DNA of 64,000 bases from Octopus sinensis. Lineage: Eukaryota. The notes under the pieces were generated by a model. The model saw only the letters and a list, made by a program, of their open reading frames with translations. It ran no database searches and was not told the origin of the DNA. The stretch spans positions 183,396,001 to 183,460,000 of the forward strand of contig NC_042998.1 in NCBI RefSeq assembly GCF_006345805.1. Reading direction: 5' to 3'. Within the stretch, counting starts at the first letter, position 1. Each line of letters opens with the position of its first letter. Positions 52,801 to 61,800 of this stretch are shown one piece after another. Position numbers and translations under genes: made by a program.

Positions 52801-55800
52801 GCTCTCATACTTTAATTTTTTTAATGTATCTTCCCTTTTTATATTTTTCTCCATATCCCTTAAGGACTATGTCTGTGCCTCAAATAAAAAAAAAATAATC
52901 TTGTCTCTGCCCCAGTCTTCATTTGTCTTGGCCCTGTTCATATTCCGGCTCTTTTTTCTTTTTCTTTTTTTTTTTTTTTTTTACACAATATCATTATATA
53001 GTTTCTTCCAATACATGTCCTATTTTTAATTGTTTATTTAACTATCTTTTGGTTTTGCTGACAGATTTGGCTGCAGAAGAACTACAAACGCCACAGGCTG
53101 AACAAATAGGTCCCATTGTTGAAGGTCCCGGTGCAAAAAGAGACCAGAAACCATTTGTGTTGCCCAAATTGACAGCATCTCAACAAGAAGCTATACAGAA
53201 AGCTAAGAAATATGCAATGGAACAAAGTATTAAAAGTGTCCTGGTGCGACAGACCATTGCTCATCAACAACAGGTAAATTATGTGTGTGTGTGTGTGTAT
53301 ATATATAAATAAATAGAAGACCCAGCAACTAAAGTCCAGACCAGTTAAAAGTACCCCTGATGCATTGGGTGATATGATATGCTTGAGAAGACCTTTTGAG
53401 TCAAGTAAAATCAATATCATAGCTGTGGCCAGTGCCCTCTGACTGGCTCCTGTGCCAGTGACAACGTAAAAAGCACTAGCTGAATGTGGTCAATGCCAGG
53501 TCCACCTGACTGGCTCCCGTGCCTGTGTCACGTAAAAAGCACCGTCCGAACATGGCCGATGCCAATACCTCCTGACTGGCTCCCATGCCAGTGGCACATA
53601 AAGCATGGCCAATGCCAGAACTCCCTGACTGGCTCCCGTGCCAGTGGCACATAAAAAGCACTATCCAAACCTGATTGATGCCAGGCCTGCCTGAGTGACT
53701 CTTGTGCCAGTGGCACATAAAAAGTACCCACCACACTTGGAGTGGTTGGCGTTAGGAAGGGCATCTGGCTGTAGAAACACTGCCAGATCAGATTGGAGCC
53801 TGGTGCACTTGCTGGCTCTCCAGACCTCAGTCAAACTGTCCAACCCATGCCATCAGTGGAAAATGGACATTAAATGATGATGCTGTGTATTATGTTTATA
53901 TTTTTCATGCTAGTATATGGTTTTTGATAGTTTGCTTTGTTTGGATTAGCTACTTTTATATTTAGATGTCTGTCTTATTTGTAAAGTAACTAAATAGATC
54001 TGTGAGTTTGATTTGTTCCAGCTTAGTCAACTGTTATGTGACTGATTATTGAACAGAACCTTAACATGGCCCTCAAGCAGAATCAGCATGAGACAGTATG
54101 TGTGAGATAAAGCTGCCTTTGTGAATTACAAGTACATTCTTTCACGCAGTTTCCTTCTAACCATTTCTCACTCCTTGGGATTAAGTTAACCCAAGTCCAT
54201 GGTAGACAATACTTACTCTAAATGCTGTGAGGTGGGATTTAATCTGAGACCTAATAGTTGCAAAGTGAATGGGTCATAATGTAGAAGCTGCTCAGAGATT
54301 CATTAGTATTTCATTGGTAACTCTGGGTAGCTTCCTTTTGTTATATTTGCTGTGAAATAAATAAATAAAAAAGTTCTTTTTGTTTATAGTAATTAGTCAC
54401 TGTAGTTTTATCTGGAACACTTAAAGTAGAATGAGTAAACAAATTTGGTCAGTGGGCTTCAGGTCAGACAGACTATGATTATGTCTGGTTTCTTTAGAAA
54501 ATTTGGAAGCGGAACACTTTTTAAAGTTTCTCACCCATTCTGTTTCTAGACACAATCCATTATCATTGTCTGAATTGTTTTCACTGTTAAAAGTTGAAAT
54601 GTGATGCTTGTTGCCTTGTTTTTTGTCTTCTTGCTTTAGCTATTTCTTTGAGAAGATTCTTCAAATTCAGATTAAACATGATAATCATCAGATTGATAAT
54701 TTGATTTGACCTTTAAATACCAACTCACCTGAGGCTGTCAATTTATGTTCGAAAACACCAGCTTAATAAGAACCAAGTTATTTTACTAACATCTACATTA
54801 TTTTAAAAATTAATTGAAATAGTCATTATTTTTCAGTAGAAATATGGGAAAAAAAAAAAAGGTTAAATAGAAATATTTAAATCAGACTAGTCTTTGTCCT
54901 TCATATCTATATAGTAAATGTTTTGTTTGTTTTTTTTTATTTTAATGTTTTTCTATAATTTAAAACAAGTTTTTCATATTTTAGATATTTACTGTCATTT
55001 AAAATTATTCTTTCTGTTTTCAGCAAATGGCAAACTTTCAAAATACTGTTCAAAGGCAGCAGGCCTTAGCATTAATGTGCAGGTAAGTTATTTCAATTAT
55101 CAAAACTAGCTTTCTTTTTGCCCCTGGGAGCTCCTCTATGCTGACTACCTTGCTCTAATTGCTGAGTCACTATCAGAACTAGAGAAGTTTCAGGTTTGGA
55201 AGCAAGGATTAGAATTGAAAGGCCTAGCTAAAACCAAAGTCCTAATAAGTAGGAAGGCAGACAAACCACAAATCCCTTCTGGTAGATGGCCCTGCTTAAT
55301 CTGTAGAAATGGCGTAGGAAGATAGTTTTTGTATGTGGCAGATGCTCAGGAGCAATAAACACTGAAAATGTGCAGAGAGCAACTTCCGCCATATTCCAAG
55401 GAGAAAAACTAGTTGTAGTTGATAGCTTCTGTTACCTAGGTGACCAAGTCAGTAGCTGGGGAGGGTGCACTGAAAGTGTAGCTGCTAAAATAAGAATAGC
55501 CTGGGCAAAGTTCAGAGAGCTCTTACCTCTGCTGGGAACAAAAGGCCTCTCACTCAAAATAAAAGGTAGACTGTATGATGCATGTGTACGAACAGCCATG
55601 CTATATGGCAGTGAAACATGGGCCGTGACTGCTGAGGACATGCATAAGCTCGCAAGGAATGAAGCCAGCATGCTCCGATGGATGCGTAATGTCAGGTGCC
55701 TACTCAACAGAGTGTAAGCACCTTGAGAGAGAAGTTGGACATAAGAAGCATCAGATGTGGTGTGCAAGAGAGATGACTGCACTGGTATGGTCATGTGGCG

Positions 55801-58800
55801 AGAATTGATAAGGATAGCTCTGTGAAAAAGTGCCACATCCTAGCGGTTGAAGGAACCTGTGGAAGAGGTAGACCCAGGAAGACCTGGGATGAGGTGGTGA
55901 AGTATGACCTTCGAACATTAGGCTTCACTGACGCCATGACTAGTGACCAAGACCTTTGGAAATATGCAGTGCTTGAGAAGACCAGGCAGGCCAAGTGAGA
56001 CCATAACCCGTGGCCTATGCCAGGGTGTGACCAGCCCACTTACGTGTACCTTTTCTTCATTGGACACTAAAATCTGCTTGCAAAGACCTGTTGAGGCAAG
56101 TGAAATTGAAATCAAATCAAATTTGATGACTTGCACCTGTGCCAGCGGAGTGCTAAGAGCACCATCCGAGCGTGATCGTTTCCAGAGCAGCTAACTGGCT
56201 TCCATGCCGGTGGCATGTAAAATGCCAGTGGCACGTGAAAAAACATTTGAGTGAAGTCATTGCCAGTGCTGCTGGACTGGCTCCTGTGCAGGTGGCACGT
56301 AAAAAACACCATTTGAGCATGGCTGTTGCCAGTACCACCTGACTGGCCCTCGTGCCGGTGGCATGTAAAAGCACCCACTACACTCAGTGGTTGGGTTTAG
56401 GAAGGGCATCCAGCTGTAGAAACTCTGCCAGATCAGATTGGAGCCTGGTGCAGCCATCTGGTTTGCTAGTCCTCAGTCTAATCATTCAACCCATGCTAGC
56501 ATGGAAAGCGGACATTAAACGATGATGATCCATTTTATGTCACAACCCTGTGTAATTTCTGGCTTGGTCTGACAATGGGAATCAGATTTGTCAGTATTGT
56601 TTAGTAGCTTGCTAATCCTTGAGTCAATCTTTCCACAGAATGTCCAAATGTGTTGCTTAATTGAGGTAGTTAAATTTTTTTTATATAAATTTCCTTGTGT
56701 TCACCAGGGTAACGGACGCTTTCTAGTGTTGTATGTGTAGTTACACAAGTTGTCTCTCTTGGTCGCGTCTCATTTTTCTGTTAGTGTAATCTCAGTTCTT
56801 AAATTTCATTTTCCTAATTCACATTGAAAGTATTTCCAATTTTAACCTATTTTCTCTTTTCTAAAATATATTAGAATCATAGGAAAACGTTTTTTTGCCC
56901 AATTTAATTTTGAGTTATTTCCTAAAGGTTAAAATAGAATAAATTCTAAATAGTTCTATGCTATTTATTATATGACCAATTATCAAATTGCATATTAGAA
57001 TAATAGTTTCAATAAAGATTTTCTTCTTTTTCACAGGATTTATGTTGGTAGCATAAATTTTGAAATCAAAGAGGATACAATAAAGCAAGCTTTTTTACCA
57101 TTTGGTCCTATAAAGAGTGTCAATCTCTCTTGGGACCCTGTGACTAATAAACACAAAGGCTTTGCTTTTATTGAATATGAAGTCCCTGAAGCTGCCCAGC
57201 TGGCTTTGGAACAGATGAATGGTGTCATGATTGGTGGTAGGAATATTAAGGTAAATTTTAATTTTTTCTATCTTCTGCTATTCCCACCAATGTTTTTATC
57301 CTTGTGAATTATACATGTATCATTATAAAGGAAATATAAAGCAAAGGGTAAAGACCCCCTTCGGTCATGAATGACTATGGGATTGCACCTAGAAAGTTAC
57401 CCTCCTAGACACAAGTCCGGGCAAGGTTGTTTTATGGAAGACCAGCAGTTGCCCATGCATACCAGCCTCCCCTCTCCACACCACCAGTGTTATCCAAGGG
57501 AAAGACAAAGGTCGATACAGCTTGGCACCAGTGACGTCGCAACTCATTTCTACAGCTGAGTGAACTGGAGCAACGTGAAATAAAGTGCCTTGCTCAAGAA
57601 CACAACACGCAGCCCAGTCCGGGATTCGAGCTCACAACCTCACGATCGTAAGCCCGACGCTCTAACCACTGAGCCATGCGCCTTCACAATATAAATTTAA
57701 AAAAGGAAATATAAATTTTAAAAAAACACAGCCAGTATTTTCTTGGTGAAATTATTTAACCCTATTTTTCTTAATAGTGTAGTTCCTCATATGTGGGTCA
57801 TAAAATATTCTTTCTTTTTATTTGACTGAACCCATGAACCCAGGCAAGCAACTTGTGAGGAAAAAAACATATCAAATTCTTAATTTCTGGGATTTATTTA
57901 GAAGCACGGAAAAGCCTATTAGAGCTCACTTTGTGTTTTCTTAAAAAACCAAGTAAAAAAAAAACTTATAGAGAAATAAGACATGTAAATGCAGAATCAA
58001 AATTTCTTAGAAAACTAAGAGACAAAAACTTATAGAGGAAGACATGTGAATGCAGAATCAAAAATTACCTCCCCCAGTCCATATTCTGTGCATATTTTAA
58101 AACAAATATTTGAAAACAAAATGTGGCGCATATAATTTCATGAAAATAGCATCTGGTTCATTCATTTTTTGATTTGACTGATATCAGAGGTGTAAGTGGA
58201 TTCAAATTATTGTCTCTTTGGGAAGGGAAGAAATTAATGAAATTATTTGTACATGTGTAAGTTAGCCTATATTTTATACAGTGTAGCGAGTTTTTGAGTA
58301 GCTCAGAAATAACTAAATTTAAAATGTTCTTTGATTTTGTACGTTCATTGAAAAAATACATTCATCATCATCATCATTTAACATTCGTTGTCCATGCTGG
58401 CATGGGTTGGATGGTTTCAGCGGGCTAGCACACTGGAAGGCTGCACCAGACTCCAGTCTGATTTGGCATGGTTTTCTACAACTGGATGCCCTTGCTAACG
58501 CTAACCACTCTGAGTGTAATGGGTGCTTTTGCATGCCACTGGCACGGGTGCCAATTTGCGTGACACCAGTATCTGCCACAACTGATTTTGCTTGGCTTGG
58601 TGGGTCTTCTTCTCATGCATGACATAATGCCAATGGTCTCGGGTCATTACATCTGTGAAGTCCCACACTTGAAAGTAACTCAGCCACTTTATCTCTGCGA
58701 GGCCCAATGCTAGAAAGGGACTCAACCGCTTTGTTGCAGTACTACAAATGGTTTTAAGAAAAAAAAAATGTTAATAGAAGTTCTATGAGCTCAGTTCTTT

Positions 58801-61800
58801 TAATAATAATTTCTTATATTGGGAAGAGTTCACATATTTATTGGTTAGATATAACCCAGTTCATAATTGATAACTCAAGTTATCCATTCCTGGATGAATG
58901 AAAAGTCAAAATTAACCCAATACTTTTGAACTAAGAACATTTTAGTCTGTTAATCTTGGTTAATAGACTTAACCTGATTCTTAGGTATCTTTTGATAAGT
59001 CCATTCTGTTGCAACCACTTAGCCTGAGTTTTTGGCCTTAGAGTATCCTGATGTCTTGACTACAGTAATTTGTGACTTTTTTCCTTTGTCCAATTCCTCA
59101 GTCATGGAGGTCATGGAAAATTTGCATGCCTTACCCATCATCCTACAATAAAACCATAACAAATATTAAAAAAAAAAAAATTAATCACCCTTTTATTTCA
59201 ACAACAACAAGTGGAATGTTTGTGTACATTCACATTTCCATTTGAAATGCAAAACCTTACATAAAAAAAACTATTTGCATGCCATTTTTTTTCACATTCT
59301 GAATTTTAGAAAAACTGAAATGTTCTAACTACAAGCAGCTTTTATACATAACATATAATACCTTAGAGTTTAATATAACTTGTCTTTGTTTTAAAGGTTG
59401 GTCGACCAAGCAACATGCCTCAAGCTCAGCCCATTATTGAACAGCTTGCTCAGGAAGCAAAGAATTTTAACCGAATCTACATTGCATCCATACATCAGGA
59501 TTTGACAGAGATGGATATACAAAGGTTTGTATTTGATATATATATCAGAAGATACTTGTCTGAGATGTTATGCAAAGACATCATTTTTAAATGAATATAT
59601 TAACCCTTTCGTTACCAACCCGGCTGAAACCAGCTCTGGCTCTTTAGTACAAATGTCTGGTTTTCAAAAGTTCTGAATTAAAATTTTCCACCAAACCTTA
59701 ATCACAATTTATGTTCCTAAAACTAGCTTAATGATAACTAAGTTATTTTACTAAATACTTTGTTATATTTAAAGTAATTGGAAGAAACACAGAGCATCTG
59801 AAAATAAATACAGTAACGAAAGGGTTAATATTGCTAATATCAGCATTATGACTGAATATGCTGGGTGTTACAAAACAGGATTCGCAGAGCATGGGCTAAA
59901 AATGAAACTAAATCTAGTCCCATTTGATACATTTCTGATAATGAAGCAGTTAGGTAGTTGGTGATTAACAATGCAATCTTCTGAATTATAAGATTATATT
60001 TCCAATTAACGACATTGCCACTGATAAACTACGTGTTAGTAATAAATCAGGTTTCACATTGAAAATACCTCATCAAAATCATCATCATTCCTCATCTAAA
60101 TAAAAATTGTTTTAAAAAATTTAAATTGTACAATGGTAATTATGTTTCTTAATTTTTTCCTTTATTTCTTTTAGTGTCTTTGAGGCATTTGGGAAGATTG
60201 TGACTTGTAAACTCTCTCAAGACCCAACAAAACCTGGCAAACATAAGTATGCATTAAGTCTTTTGTATATTTTTTCTAAATTTATTTCTTCATTTCCTGT
60301 TAAATGTATGTTGTTGAGTTTAGAGTAGGATGAATTTAGAATAATACATTGAAGTTTGCTATGAAAACAAATATTCTTGAATGCAAATTTGAAAATAAAT
60401 CTTTCTGCAAGAACTTACATTTTCTTATTTAGAATCTGCTCATAAAACTATAAAAATAAATATTGATTGGATTTGTTAAAATGTTAATTAGAACAAGTGT
60501 ATAATTTGAATTAATATTATGAATCTAAATTTTAGTAATTTCTTTATTATGATTAAAGCTTGAAAAGTAAAACTTGCAGTAAACCTATGTATAAAAATCC
60601 CTTGTCACTGTACAAAAGGTTTTTTTGTTCGTTTTGAACTGGGACTAACTTTTTATGTTATAGAAGTTACGGCTTCATAGAATACGAAACACCTCAAGCC
60701 TCTGAAGATGCAGTTTCATCTATGAATCTCTTTGATCTTGGTGGTCAATATCTACGTGTTGGAAAGGTAATTATCATGCATTGCAGAAATTTTTAATTTT
60801 TTTTTATTTTATCTTATTTAATTCAAATTTAATGATAGTTGGTGTCTGAATTGTAGGATATTTAAAAAAATTTTTACTGTATAAAATTGTTTTAATGTCT
60901 CTCAACAAATAACATAGAATTAACTTTGTATAAATCTCAAAGAAAACCGTTTACAGTATCATGAATAAAACTTTGTAATACTTCAGTTTTATGGAAATAT
61001 TGACAAGTATTAACTTACTGGAAATATAAAACACAACTGCTATATTTTTTAAGTAATAGTGTATTTTTATATTAGTCTCAACAAAGCTTTTCATATTAAT
61101 TATCAAATGAAGGCTTGTATGGATTACACAATATTAGAAATCTTTCCTTATTTCTATTCTAGAGAATTAATTTCTCATTGTTTTTATATACAACTAGCTC
61201 TATGTGTGGGTGAGGGTGTGGTTGTTACTTTCTGTTGCTTCCTTTCTTTTTCTTATCGCCACATTCTCCCTCTTCTTTCTCTCACTTTCCCACTCTCTCT
61301 CTCCCATTTATAAAAAGCAAAAGATCTTGAGTAAGTTGAGAAAGAAAATATTTTGAAAGATCAATCATAAATATCAGGCAGTGACAACGGAAAGCACACT
61401 TGCCTTTTGTACATGCCACTATTTGAGCGATTAAAAATAAGGGAAAAAAGGGATTTCTTTGTTAAATTTAGTACTTATTTTAGGAATTTTTCGACAGTTG
61501 ACCATGCAAATGAAAGCTCTAAACATGGGCTACATGCAGCTGTAAATTTCTTTCAGAAAAAAATGAAAACTGTAAACAATAAAAAATAAAAGGCAAAAAT
61601 ACATAAAAATGAGAAATTTTTTTCAACTTCAAAAATCTTGTCTTAATTTTCAAAATTTCGAACCCATTTTCCATGCTTAAATTATAAATTTGCTTCCACT
61701 TTACCATGTTGAAAATTTGATTGAAATCAGGCAAACTCCCACCAAGTGTCCCCCAAAATCTGTTCCCATCCCAAAATGAGACAAACGAATTTTTCGCATT

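Noticed and set aside
53420-53730. Repeat array with a CRISPR-like look
   Set aside because: The context is a eukaryotic intron. The units are degenerate tandem repeats without unique spacers, inside a LINE 3'UTR, and no cas genes are present.
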